A program made the translations under genes and the position numbers. DNA of 64,000 nt from an uncultured Lachnospiraceae bacterium (lineage in GTDB: Bacteria > Bacillota > Clostridia > Oscillospirales > CAG-272), in contig CAYSFT010000001.1 of the NCBI GenBank assembly GCA_964430755.1, forward strand, positions 31,358-95,357. Reading direction: 5' to 3'. Below, in pieces: positions 28,881 through 37,683 of this stretch (the first letter of the stretch is position 1; each line of letters opens with the position of its first letter). The notes under the pieces are model-generated. The model was not told the origin of the DNA. It saw only the letters and a program-made list of their open reading frames with translations, and did no database searches.

Positions 28881-30017
28881 ATGGAAGTTTTATTCGGCAA
28901 CTTTGCAAACTTTGATTACCGTATGCTCATAATGTGGATCATCGGCGGCTTACTTATTTTTCTTGCCATCAAGAAAGAAATGGAACCGACGCTCCTGCTC
29001 CCGATGGGCTTCGGTGCAATCATCGTAAACATCCCCGGCTCGGGTGCTATAACCCAGCAGATCACAGACGCGCTCGGAAACGTGATCGGTGAAGAACACG
29101 GTGCACTCTCGATCCTCTACGATGCAGGTATCGCGAACGAGCTCTTTCCGCTGATACTCTTTATCGGTATCGGCGCGATGATCGACTTCGGCCCGATCCT
29201 CTCAAATCCCAAGCTTATGATCTTCGGTGCCGCAGCTCAGTTCGGTATCTTCTTCACCCTTTGCCTTGCATCAATATTCTTTGATATCAAGGACGCAGCA
29301 TCAATCGGTATAATCGGTGCTGCAGACGGCCCGACAGCTATCGTCGTTGCGCAGAAGCTTAACTCGCAGTTCGTCGGCCCGATAATGGTTGCAGCGTATT
29401 CATATATGGCGCTTGTACCGATCATCCAGCCGCCGGTCATCAAGCTTCTCACCACCAAGAAGGAGCGCATGATCCGTATGCCCTATAAGCCGGCAAACGT
29501 GAGCAAGACCACCCGTATCCTCTTCCCCATCATCATCACGATAATTGCAGGTCTCTTTGCTCCCTCGTCTGTTTCACTCGTCGGCTTCCTTATGTTCGGT
29601 AACCTCATCCGTGAGTGCGGCGTACTCGATTCGCTCTCCGAAACCGCACAGAAGGTACTTGCAAACCTCATCACCATCTTCCTCGGAATCACCATTGCAT
29701 CTCAAATGCACTATGAGCAGTTCCTTGCACCGCAGACACTTCTTATCCTCGGACTCGGTCTCTTTGCATTCATCTTCGACACCGCAGGCGGTGTAATCTT
29801 CGCGAAGATCCTCAACCTTTTCTTAAAGGAAAAGATCAACCCGATGATAGGTGCGGCAGGTATCTCCGCATTCCCGATGGCAGGCAGAATCGTACACAAG
29901 CTGGGACTCAAGGAGGATCCTCAGAACTTCCTTCTTATGCAGTCCATGGGCGTTAACGTATCGGGACAGATCGCATCCGTTATTGCAGGCGGTCTGATTC
30001 TCAACTTCTTTATGTAA
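28881..30017 (+). CDS. Sodium ion-translocating decarboxylase, beta (membrane) subunit (OadB/GcdB/MmdB family)
   Basis: 378 aa and polytopic, with EPTLLLPMGFGAI, IGIIGAADGPTAI and AAGISAFPMAGR motifs characteristic of the family. Confidence 0.85.
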   Translation: MEVLFGNFANFDYRMLIMWIIGGLLIFLAIKKEMEPTLLLPMGFGAIIVNIPGSGAITQQITDALGNVIGEEHGALSILYDAGIANELFPLILFIGIGAMIDFGPILSNPKLMIFGAAAQFGIFFTLCLASIFFDIKDAASIGIIGAADGPTAIVVAQKLNSQFVGPIMVAAYSYMALVPIIQPPVIKLLTTKKERMIRMPYKPANVSKTTRILFPIIITIIAGLFAPSSVSLVGFLMFGNLIRECGVLDSLSETAQKVLANLITIFLGITIASQMHYEQFLAPQTLLILGLGLFAFIFDTAGGVIFAKILNLFLKEKINPMIGAAGISAFPMAGRIVHKLGLKEDPQNFLLMQSMGVNVSGQIASVIAGGLILNFFM

Positions 30018-30032
30018 TAGGAGGATAAGCTG

Positions 30033-30266
30033 ATGTTAAAATTATTTAATTTAATCGCATCGTCCATCGGCATCATCGGTTCGGCAGACGGTCCGACTGC
30101 TGTTCTCGTGTCAGATAGCAGCTTCATGGTTGAGCCGACAAATTTCATTAAAAATTTAAGCTATATGGGACTCGGTATGCTCGGTATATTCATCGTTATC
30201 GGTCTTATCATGGTGGTAACCTTTGTACTCAACAAAATCTTCTCAAAGAAGAACGACGAACAATAA
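30033..30266 (+). CDS. Small membrane protein, OadG-like C-terminal TM helix with an N-terminal copy of the beta-subunit IIGxADGPTA motif
   Basis: AGGAGG RBS 8 nt upstream and 77 aa long. SIGIIGSADGPTAVLV (30063-30110) echoes beta SIGIIGAADGPTAIVV (29301-29348). The C-terminal LGMLGIFIVIGLIMVVTFVLNKIF resembles a gamma-subunit anchor. Confidence 0.6.
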   Translation: MLKLFNLIASSIGIIGSADGPTAVLVSDSSFMVEPTNFIKNLSYMGLGMLGIFIVIGLIMVVTFVLNKIFSKKNDEQ

Positions 30267-30284
30267 ATAATATTTTATAAATAA

Positions 30285-30321
30285 ATGGTGCAGCTCGCGA
30301 TCAGAGTTACACCATTTTTTG
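30285..30321 (+). terminator. Rho-independent terminator after the small OadG-like gene
   Basis: ATGGTG (30285-30290) pairs with CACCAT (30310-30315), followed by TTTTTT. Confidence 0.6.
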
Positions 30322-30404
30322 ATACAATGTGAGAGTTTTGGTGTTTTCATCCGTCTAAGATAATGAAAGGCAAAACACACAAGCTTTTCGGAAAGGAGTA
30401 AATC

Positions 30405-30962
30405 ATGGATATCGGTGCAAGTAGCTACCGCCGTTACCTTGATGGTGATGACACAGGAATAGCAGAGATAATTAAAGAATATAAAGACGGTCTGACCTTA
30501 TATATAAACGGTTACGTGAACAATATTTCCACCGCAGAGGAGCTTATGGAAGAAACATTCTTTAAGCTTGCGACTAAAAAACCGCATTTCTCGGAAAAAT
30601 GTTCATTCAAAACCTGGCTTTTCAGAATCGCACGGAATATTGCAATTGACTATTTAAGACACAATTCAAAGATGGCATCAGATTCCATTGATGAATACGC
30701 CGATTATTTGTCGGAGGAAAAACAGCTTGAAGATGAATATCTCATCAAAGAGCAGAAAATTACCTTACACCGAATAATGAGTCGGCTGAAAAACGAATAC
30801 TTTCAGGTTTTGTATCTGATATATTTCGAGGATTTTTCCAATGCAGAGACAGCGGTGATAATGAAAAAGAACAAACGGCAGATCGAAAATCTCATTTACA
30901 GGGCAAAGCAAGCACTGAAATCAGAGCTTATTAAGGAGGGCTTTGAATATGAAAACTTATGA
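30405..30962 (+). CDS. ECF-type RNA polymerase sigma-70 family factor
   Basis: 185 aa with region 2 (EELMEETFFKL...FKTWLFRIARNIAIDYLR) and region 4 (FEDFSNAETAVIMKKNKRQIENLIYRAKQAL). Confidence 0.85.
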   Translation: MDIGASSYRRYLDGDDTGIAEIIKEYKDGLTLYINGYVNNISTAEELMEETFFKLATKKPHFSEKCSFKTWLFRIARNIAIDYLRHNSKMASDSIDEYADYLSEEKQLEDEYLIKEQKITLHRIMSRLKNEYFQVLYLIYFEDFSNAETAVIMKKNKRQIENLIYRAKQALKSELIKEGFEYENL

Positions 30963-31830
30963 GGAAATCACCGAGCGTGTACTCTCGCGCAGAAACGAAT
31001 ACGAGGAAAAGCAAAAGTTAAACCGAAAAAGAATGATCCAAATCTCATCCGTCGCAGGCTGTTTTGCAGTAGTTTTACTTGTATCAGTCGGAGTCTGGCA
31101 GAGCGAGCATTTCAAGGAGAATCCATTGCTCGACAGTGAAATAATAACAGCAGAGTGCGATGACACCACAAAATCTGCGTCAGGCAATATAAATCAAACA
31201 CATGAAGCCTTTGTTCCGCATTTAATGGAAACCACGTCTCCGCAGGTCACCGATTTGCCGCCCGACGAGGGAAGCTACAGTCAGGGCGGTGATGTTATCG
31301 GCGGATGGTTCATACCTGCACTTCCCTTTGACCGTGAAATCGTTACAGTGGGCGAAGAAATAACCGACGCAGAAGCAAAAGCATATTTCGAGCAAAACGG
31401 TGATGGTATCATCGCAAGCTTATCCTCAAGCGGAGCTGCAACGGATTCGATAACAATATCCGAAAAAGGCTACTGTCACGTAAACTATGACGGAACAGAG
31501 GGTAAATCCTTTGAAGTCAGACAAAACTTCCGCGATTATCTTCTTTACAGCGGCGACAAGCTTATCGCAATAATAACGCTTTACAAAGAAAACGGCGAAA
31601 TCTTCAACACACCGTCCTTCGGAGCAAAGTGGTTTGATGACTACAACGCCTACCTCGAAAATCACAAGGGCGAGGAATTGGTGTATGTTTATGCAAAATG
31701 GTTTGAGATCATAGTTGCGCCCGATAATACGTATTATAACCCCATGGGACTTGATGTCGTTCCGTATTTAGGCGGCGTTGAGAAACCGTATGAAATGTTT
31801 TATCACGAATCGGCTGTCTATATGCCGTAA
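30949..31830 (+). CDS. Membrane-anchored protein, putative cognate anti-sigma factor with uncharacterised extracytoplasmic domain
   Basis: ATG at 30949 overlaps the sigma gene stop, with an AAGGAGGG RBS. There is a short cytoplasmic N-terminus, one TM helix (ISSVAGCFAVVLLVSVGVW) and about 230 aa outside. The role is inferred from position only. Confidence 0.5.
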   Translation: MKTYEEITERVLSRRNEYEEKQKLNRKRMIQISSVAGCFAVVLLVSVGVWQSEHFKENPLLDSEIITAECDDTTKSASGNINQTHEAFVPHLMETTSPQVTDLPPDEGSYSQGGDVIGGWFIPALPFDREIVTVGEEITDAEAKAYFEQNGDGIIASLSSSGAATDSITISEKGYCHVNYDGTEGKSFEVRQNFRDYLLYSGDKLIAIITLYKENGEIFNTPSFGAKWFDDYNAYLENHKGEELVYVYAKWFEIIVAPDNTYYNPMGLDVVPYLGGVEKPYEMFYHESAVYMP

Positions 31831-31845
31831 ATATTAATAACAAAA

Positions 31846-31889
31846 AGAGTTTTCCGCACCAAACAAGTGTAGAAAGCTCTGATTTTTTT
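31846..31889 (+). terminator. Terminator after the anti-sigma-like gene (convergent with pyrD)
   Basis: AGAGTTTTC (31846-31854) pairs with GAAAGCTCT (31872-31880) with 1 mismatch, followed by GATTTTTTT. Confidence 0.5.
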
Positions 31890-32805
31890 ACCAAGGCTGT
31901 ACCGTCGCCGAAATATCGGAAACACGCTCGATACCGTTTGCCTCCATATATTTTGCAATGCCGTCGATAATTTCAAGCGGCAGATACGGATTTGCAAACA
32001 TCGCCGTACCAACGCCAATCGCATCAGCACCGGCAATAAGCATCTCGATCGCATCCTCTGCGCTCGCAACGCCGCCCATACCGAGAAGCGGAAGTGACAC
32101 AGCCTGACGTACCTGCCAGATCATACGCACCGCAACCGGGAAAATCGCAGGACCCGAAAGTCCGCCGACATTATTATGAAGAATCGGACGTTTTGTCTTG
32201 ATGTCGATTCTCATGCCGAGAAGTGTGTTTATAAGCGAAAGCGCATCCGCACCGCCTGCCTCAGCCGCACGTGCCATTTCTGTGATATCGGTCACGTTAG
32301 GCGAGAGCTTGACAATGATCGGCTTCTTTGAGTGATCTTTCACCGAGGATGTGATCTCGTTCACCGTTTTTGCGTTCGTACCGAAAGCAACACCGCCCTC
32401 TTTGACGTTCGGGCAGGAGATATTCATCTCGATGAGGTCAACATCCGTTTCGGAAAGTCTTTCAGCCACTTTGCAGTAATCGGCAATGGTCGAACCGGAA
32501 ATGTTCGCAATAACCGTTGCGCCGTCCTTTTTGAGCCTGGGAAGCTCTTCGTTAATGAACACGTCAAGACCGGGATTCTGCAGTCCTATCGAATTAAGTA
32601 TACCCGACGGAGTTTCTGCAATTCGCGGAGGAGGATTACCGAGACGCGGCGCAAGAGTTGTACCCTTGCAGGCAATTGCACCAAGCTGTTCAGCCTTATA
32701 GTAAGGCGCATATTCCTCGCCGAAGCCGCAGGCACCGCTGACGGTAACGATCGGATTTTTGAATGTAACACCGGCGAAATTCACCGATAAATCTATATTT
32801 TTCAT
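31888..32805 (-). CDS. pyrD: Dihydroorotate dehydrogenase B (NAD+), catalytic subunit
   Basis: Class 1B DHOD pattern: NPIVTVSGACGFG, ISCPNVK, GGLSGPAI and the downstream position after pyrK. Confidence 0.92.
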   Translation of the reverse strand: MKNIDLSVNFAGVTFKNPIVTVSGACGFGEEYAPYYKAEQLGAIACKGTTLAPRLGNPPPRIAETPSGILNSIGLQNPGLDVFINEELPRLKKDGATVIANISGSTIADYCKVAERLSETDVDLIEMNISCPNVKEGGVAFGTNAKTVNEITSSVKDHSKKPIIVKLSPNVTDITEMARAAEAGGADALSLINTLLGMRIDIKTKRPILHNNVGGLSGPAIFPVAVRMIWQVRQAVSLPLLGMGGVASAEDAIEMLIAGADAIGVGTAMFANPYLPLEIIDGIAKYMEANGIERVSDISATVQPW

Positions 32806-33587
32806 TTCCAGATGATCTCCTTTGAATCGAATACGGGGCCGTCAACGCAGACTCTCTTATATTTCTCACCCGTCACGCCGAGATTGTCCTTGAACGTAGT
32901 CTTACAAACGCAGGCAAGACACGCACCGACACCGCAGCCCATACGCTCCTCCATCGAAACCTCACAGCGTACACCTGACTCTTCGCAAATTGCCGCAACA
33001 GCCGCCATCATACCTCGAGGACCGCAAACGTACACCACATCAGCTTCATTGTTCGCAAGTGCATCCTTGACAAGCTCGGTAACAAAGCCTTTTCGTCCGC
33101 TTGAACCGTCATCTGTTATAATCGAGGTCGGGATTCCGTTTGATTCAAATAAATCAAGCGAGTTTATAAGCGAAACATTCCTGAAACCGAAAGCCGCCTT
33201 TGCCGAGCCGCACTTCTTACCAATCGAGAGAAGCGGATAAATACCGATTCCGCCGCCGACAAGCAGTGCACGCTCACCGTCTTTTACCGTAAAACCGTTA
33301 CCGAGCGGGCCAAGCAGACTGACAAGATCACCCTCGCGGCGTTCTGCCATCCACTTTGTACCCTTTCCGCGCACCTCATAGCAGAGTCGAACGCAGTCAC
33401 CGACAGTCTCACAAATCGAGATGGGACGGCGAAGTGTTGTTCCCTCTCCACACATTATGTGAACGATCTGTCCGGGTTTTGCCGCCTTTGCGATCTCGGG
33501 CGATTCTATGAGCATATCGTAAAGCTCTGCCGCCTCGCAGATACGGCGGTTGTGTATAATCTTACCGTTATCCTTTAATGTTTGCAT
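32802..33587 (-). CDS. pyrK: Dihydroorotate dehydrogenase electron-transfer subunit
   Basis: FAD/NAD-binding fold and a C-terminal 2Fe-2S Cys cluster, MGCGVGACLACVC. Overlaps pyrD by 4 nt. Confidence 0.9.
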   Translation of the reverse strand: MQTLKDNGKIIHNRRICEAAELYDMLIESPEIAKAAKPGQIVHIMCGEGTTLRRPISICETVGDCVRLCYEVRGKGTKWMAERREGDLVSLLGPLGNGFTVKDGERALLVGGGIGIYPLLSIGKKCGSAKAAFGFRNVSLINSLDLFESNGIPTSIITDDGSSGRKGFVTELVKDALANNEADVVYVCGPRGMMAAVAAICEESGVRCEVSMEERMGCGVGACLACVCKTTFKDNLGVTGEKYKRVCVDGPVFDSKEIIWK

Positions 33588-33602
33588 TTGTCTGTCTCCC
33601 GA

Positions 33603-34517
33603 TTAAAGCACCGAATTGATATCGTCACGCATTGCGATTACGGCATCACGTGTGCAAGCCTTGAAGTTTGTTCCGTCGTCGCCTGCCTTCTTGTAAGCGC
33701 ACATGAGCGCACGCGAGGAGTTTATGATAGCACCGGACTTATTCTTATCAAAAGCACCGACGATGTCGTTTGCCGCACCGCCCTGTGCACCGTAACCGGG
33801 GATAAGGAAGAATGTGTGAGGCATTGCCGCACGAAGCTCGGTTAACTGCTTCGGATATGTCGCACCGACAACCGCACCGCAGGGACTGTAACCCGATTCG
33901 CTCACGTAAGGTGCGCCCCATTCTTCAACCTTTGCGGCTACCTTACGGTAGAGTGTACCGTCACCGATCTCAAGATCCTGGAAATCACCCGAGGACTTGT
34001 TCGAGGTCTTAACAAGAATAAACATCGACTTGTCATTCTCTGCCGCGATGTCGATAAACGGCTTTACACCGTCTATACCGAGATAAGGATTAACCGTAAC
34101 GCAGTCAACGGGAGTTGCCTTCGCGCTCGAATTAAAGAGCTGTGTTTCACCGATAAACGCCTTTGCATATGCCTCGGCAGTCGAGCCGATGTCGTTGCGC
34201 TTAACATCAAGGATGATATAAAGTCCTGCCGCCTTTGCATATTCGATGGTACGCTCAAGCGCAATAAGTCCCTCAATGCCGTACATTTCATAGAATGCAG
34301 ACTGCGGCTTAACAGCAGGAACAAGCTCTGCCGCAGCATCAATAAGTCCCTTGTTGAATTCAAAAATAGCCTCGCCAGCCGCCTTGAAGGTATCGCCGTA
34401 CTCTGCGATTGCCTTGTCGCGGATATACTGCGGAATATAGTCAAGCACAGGATCGAGTCCCATAACTGTGGGGTTGTTTTTCGCTCTGATTTTTTCAATT
34501 AACGGTTCAAATGACAT
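33603..34517 (-). CDS. pyrF: Orotidine 5'-phosphate decarboxylase (long, type 2)
   Basis: VMGLDP, ILDVKRNDIGST and PGYGAQGG motifs. ATG at 34517 has an AAAGGA RBS; the ORF-track start is a TTG. Confidence 0.9.
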   Translation of the reverse strand: MSFEPLIEKIRAKNNPTVMGLDPVLDYIPQYIRDKAIAEYGDTFKAAGEAIFEFNKGLIDAAAELVPAVKPQSAFYEMYGIEGLIALERTIEYAKAAGLYIILDVKRNDIGSTAEAYAKAFIGETQLFNSSAKATPVDCVTVNPYLGIDGVKPFIDIAAENDKSMFILVKTSNKSSGDFQDLEIGDGTLYRKVAAKVEEWGAPYVSESGYSPCGAVVGATYPKQLTELRAAMPHTFFLIPGYGAQGGAANDIVGAFDKNKSGAIINSSRALMCAYKKAGDDGTNFKACTRDAVIAMRDDINSVL

Positions 34518-34544
34518 GATGATAATTCCTTTCAAATATATAAA

Positions 34545-35849
34545 TTAATTAAGTTCAAAAACACATTTTCCGCCGAGATAGGTTGCATCAACACGTGCCG
34601 CAAAGGTCATGCCGACGAATGGCGTATTCGTTGATTTACCGCGGAGGGATTCCTTTGTGACGGTGTTCTCGCATCCGAGCGTTACTATCGCAAAATCGGC
34701 AGGTGAGCCGACCTCAAGCGTACCGAGTCCGAGCTTGTCGAGTCCCGTGATACGTGCAGGGTTGACTGCCATAAGCTCAATAAGCTTTGCAAGGTCGATG
34801 TGTCCCTGCATAACGAGATTGGTATACGATGCCGCAAACGAGGTCTGCAGTCCGATTATACCGTTGAGTGCAGTTTTAACGTCACCCGACTTTTCCTGGG
34901 CGGAGTGCGGTGCGTGATCGGTTGAGATACAATCTATCGTACCGTCGCAAATCGCTTCGATGACAGCTTTAACGTCATCCTCCGAACGGAGCGGCGGATT
35001 CATCTTGGCGTTAGCACCGTAATAAATAAGATCCGCGTCAGTAAGTGAAAAATAATGCGGACAGGTTTCCGCTGTAACCTTAACGCCGCGTGCCTTCGCT
35101 CTGCGAATACAGTCAAGCGAGCCGCGAGTTGAAACGTGACAGATGTGAAGCCTTGCACCGGTTGCTTCGGCGACCATTATATCGCGTTCCGTCGCAACAT
35201 CCTCGGCGAGATTCGGTATTCCTGGCAGATTCAGCATACGTGAGATCTTGCCCTCATTTATCGCACCGCCCTTGGCAAGTGACATATCCTCGCAGTGTGA
35301 CATGATGAGGTAATCGTTCTTCGCCGCGTTTTTCATGGCTTCATAAAGAAGCTTCGAGGTCATAACAGGCTTGCCGTCATCGGAAAACGCCCATGCACCT
35401 GCATCTTTGAGAGCCGTCATATCTGTGAGCTCCTCGCTTGCAAGACCCTTGGTTATCGCCGCAACGGGAAAAACTCTGCAATCGGCATTTTTCGCCTTAT
35501 CGGCAATATATTCAAGCACCTCGGAACTGTCTGTCGCAGGCTTTGTGTTCGGCATTGCAAAAACGGATGTTACACCGCCTGCCGCCGCACATTTTGAGCC
35601 GGACACAATATCCTCTTTATATTCAAATCCCGGCTCACGCAGATGGACGTGCAGGTCTATCATACCCGGAATGATGAATTTTCCGCTTGCGTCGATGACC
35701 TTATCGGCAGTGAAATCTATCACCTCACCTCGCGGAGCAATGGCGGCTATACGCCCATCCCTCAATGCAACCGTGCAAATCTCGCTGCTTCCGTTTGAAA
35801 GTCTTACGCGGCGCACGTTTGTTATCATTAGATCAAAATGGTTGTTCAT
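34545..35849 (-). CDS. pyrC: Dihydroorotase
   Basis: GMIDLHVHLREPG, the metal-ligand His pair and STDHAPH motif; 434 aa. Confidence 0.92.
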   Translation of the reverse strand: MNNHFDLMITNVRRVRLSNGSSEICTVALRDGRIAAIAPRGEVIDFTADKVIDASGKFIIPGMIDLHVHLREPGFEYKEDIVSGSKCAAAGGVTSVFAMPNTKPATDSSEVLEYIADKAKNADCRVFPVAAITKGLASEELTDMTALKDAGAWAFSDDGKPVMTSKLLYEAMKNAAKNDYLIMSHCEDMSLAKGGAINEGKISRMLNLPGIPNLAEDVATERDIMVAEATGARLHICHVSTRGSLDCIRRAKARGVKVTAETCPHYFSLTDADLIYYGANAKMNPPLRSEDDVKAVIEAICDGTIDCISTDHAPHSAQEKSGDVKTALNGIIGLQTSFAASYTNLVMQGHIDLAKLIELMAVNPARITGLDKLGLGTLEVGSPADFAIVTLGCENTVTKESLRGKSTNTPFVGMTFAARVDATYLGGKCVFELN

Positions 35850-36523
35850 ATTTCTTCTCCCTCTGGCAAATCTGCTTCGGTTTCGTCGGATGTACGGATG
35901 CTTTTCATGCGTGCACCTGAATTTTCATATGCGTAAACATAACCCTCACCTCTGACCGCACGTATCAGTCTCAGTCCCAGCGGTTCGTCAAGCTTCGAGC
36001 GCAGAAAACGCACGTAAACGTCGACTATATTGGTGTCGCGTGCCGTTTCGTCCTGCCACAAATTGTGAAGCAGCTCATCACGTGATATCGTTTCTCCGGG
36101 ACGTGCATGAAGATATTCAAGCAGCGCAAATTCACGCGATGTCAGCTTGACAGTCGTGTCAGCGAAGTTTACTGTTCTGTCCTCCGGCGATATAATAAGC
36201 TGATTTTCTTCATATTCGCCATCATCTGCCCTCTCGCAGATATCGGTTATAAATCCGCGAAGCTCCGAAAGTGAAAACGGGCGCTCAAGAAGTAAAACTC
36301 TCACCTGCTCCGGCATTGCGGCACTAAGTAAGCCGCAGTCTATGAAAATCGCCGCACGCAGACGTCTTATCGGCGGAAGCTCACATAGTCCCTCTGCCGC
36401 GAGGATATGATAATCCTTTGCATCCTCCTCTGCTTCGATAAGTCCCAGCCGCAAAAACTCAAGCTGTAAAAACCGTCCGTATAATGAATCGGATGCCATG
36501 ACCTTGAATTTTAATTTTTCCAT
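35846..36523 (-). CDS. OmpR/PhoB-type winged-helix DNA-binding protein with short, degenerate receiver-like N-terminal domain
   Basis: The C-terminus LTSREFALLEYLHARPGETISRDELLHNLW...NIVDVYVRFLRSKL...IRAVRGEGYVY is a canonical OmpR wHTH. The N-terminus lacks the DD pair and acceptor Asp. The stop overlaps the pyrC start by 4 nt. The start codon is uncertain (36523 ATG, 36499 ATG or 36550 TTG). Confidence 0.7.
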   Translation of the reverse strand: MEKLKFKVMASDSLYGRFLQLEFLRLGLIEAEEDAKDYHILAAEGLCELPPIRRLRAAIFIDCGLLSAAMPEQVRVLLLERPFSLSELRGFITDICERADDGEYEENQLIISPEDRTVNFADTTVKLTSREFALLEYLHARPGETISRDELLHNLWQDETARDTNIVDVYVRFLRSKLDEPLGLRLIRAVRGEGYVYAYENSGARMKSIRTSDETEADLPEGEEI

Positions 36524-36608
36524 ATTAATTACCGCGTCTTTGCGTAGCAAAGACTTCCTTGCCGTCGATATTTTTGTCGGTTTGCTTGCAAATTAGAGGC
36601 GAAGCCGA

Positions 36609-36643
36609 CAAAGACAAAATTTCGTCGCGTGAATTTTTCACGC
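36609..36643 (-). terminator. Candidate terminator hairpin downstream of the asparaginase gene
   Basis: Minus strand: GCGTGAAAAATTCACGC (36643-36627) followed by GACGAAATTTTGTCTTTG. The T-tract is weak. Confidence 0.4.
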
Positions 36644-37669
36644 TTACCACGCTATCTTCTCGCTCGCAATTTCACGCTCCATAAAAAGCGAAATCTCATC
36701 GCCCTCATAACCGAGCGAATAAGCAAGTGCGAGCTTCATATATGCACATTCATTTGTCAGTGAAAATATCGGCTTCATTCCGCGATTTATAAGCTCGGCT
36801 GTCGTCGAGTATGTTCCGGATGACGCTCTCATATGCTCGGGAAGCGGAGAGAGAAATACGTCAATACCGCGTTTTTTGCATTTATCAAGCAAATACAGCG
36901 CAGAACGGCGTGTGTAACCGTCTCTGTCGCTTGAACGCTCAACGCAGGCTGTCGCCGAATGGTAGCTTCCGTGCAGTATCGCGCGAATTTCGTGTGACGG
37001 ATCATATGTCGAATAATCAATGCCGACATACGGCTCAATACGCATAACACATTCGTCAAGTCGCTTCAGTGCACCGATAAGCGGATATTCAGCCTGTACC
37101 TTGTACGGTTTTGCCTCTAAGTACGGACACATATCATGAGAGAAGAAATCTCCCGTGAAATTGGCACACTGTCTTAAATGTGCACCGTGATGGAGATATA
37201 TCACGCCGTCCGAATTGCGGTACGGCACATAGACGCCTGCGCCGAATCCTCTCTCGGCAAGCCGGGCAGCCGCACGGAAATTGTCATGACCGTTTGCCCT
37301 CTCGTCCGTCAGCGTATAATCGCTTGAAACAAGGAATATCGGCTTGTTCCACCAACCGGCAAGCGCGAGTGAAAGTAAACTCGATGTATAGGCAAGCGTG
37401 TCGGTTCCGTGTGCAACGATGATTGCAGAATATCCGTCCGGGTCAATTTCCGAAAAAGCTTCGAGTAAACGATTTAACCTCGGAAATGTCATGTTTTCGC
37501 TTAAAATATCGAGCGGATGTGAATATTCAAATTCAACGTCGTTAAAACCGTCGCTGTAAAGTCGCTCGGCAAGTAGTGAAACCGTATTCTTTCCGTTTGC
37601 CGAGAGGTGACCGTTTTCGTTAACCGTGGTACTTATAGTTCCGCCGGTCATCATGATAAGGATCTTCAT
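36644..37669 (-). CDS. Asparaginase (type I-like L-asparaginase/glutaminase family)
   Basis: Begins MKILIMMTGGTIS (TGGTI catalytic Thr motif) and contains HGTDTL. ATG at 37669 has a GGAGG RBS. Confidence 0.75.
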   Translation of the reverse strand: MKILIMMTGGTISTTVNENGHLSANGKNTVSLLAERLYSDGFNDVEFEYSHPLDILSENMTFPRLNRLLEAFSEIDPDGYSAIIVAHGTDTLAYTSSLLSLALAGWWNKPIFLVSSDYTLTDERANGHDNFRAAARLAERGFGAGVYVPYRNSDGVIYLHHGAHLRQCANFTGDFFSHDMCPYLEAKPYKVQAEYPLIGALKRLDECVMRIEPYVGIDYSTYDPSHEIRAILHGSYHSATACVERSSDRDGYTRRSALYLLDKCKKRGIDVFLSPLPEHMRASSGTYSTTAELINRGMKPIFSLTNECAYMKLALAYSLGYEGDEISLFMEREIASEKIAW

Positions 37670-37683
37670 ATAAAGCCTCCGAA

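Noticed and set aside
30330-30372. ECF-type autoregulatory promoter upstream of the sigma factor gene (a CGTCT-like -10 in ...TTTTCATCCGTCTAAG...)
   Set aside because: I could not find a matching AAC-type -35 element at the right spacing. It is too speculative to annotate.
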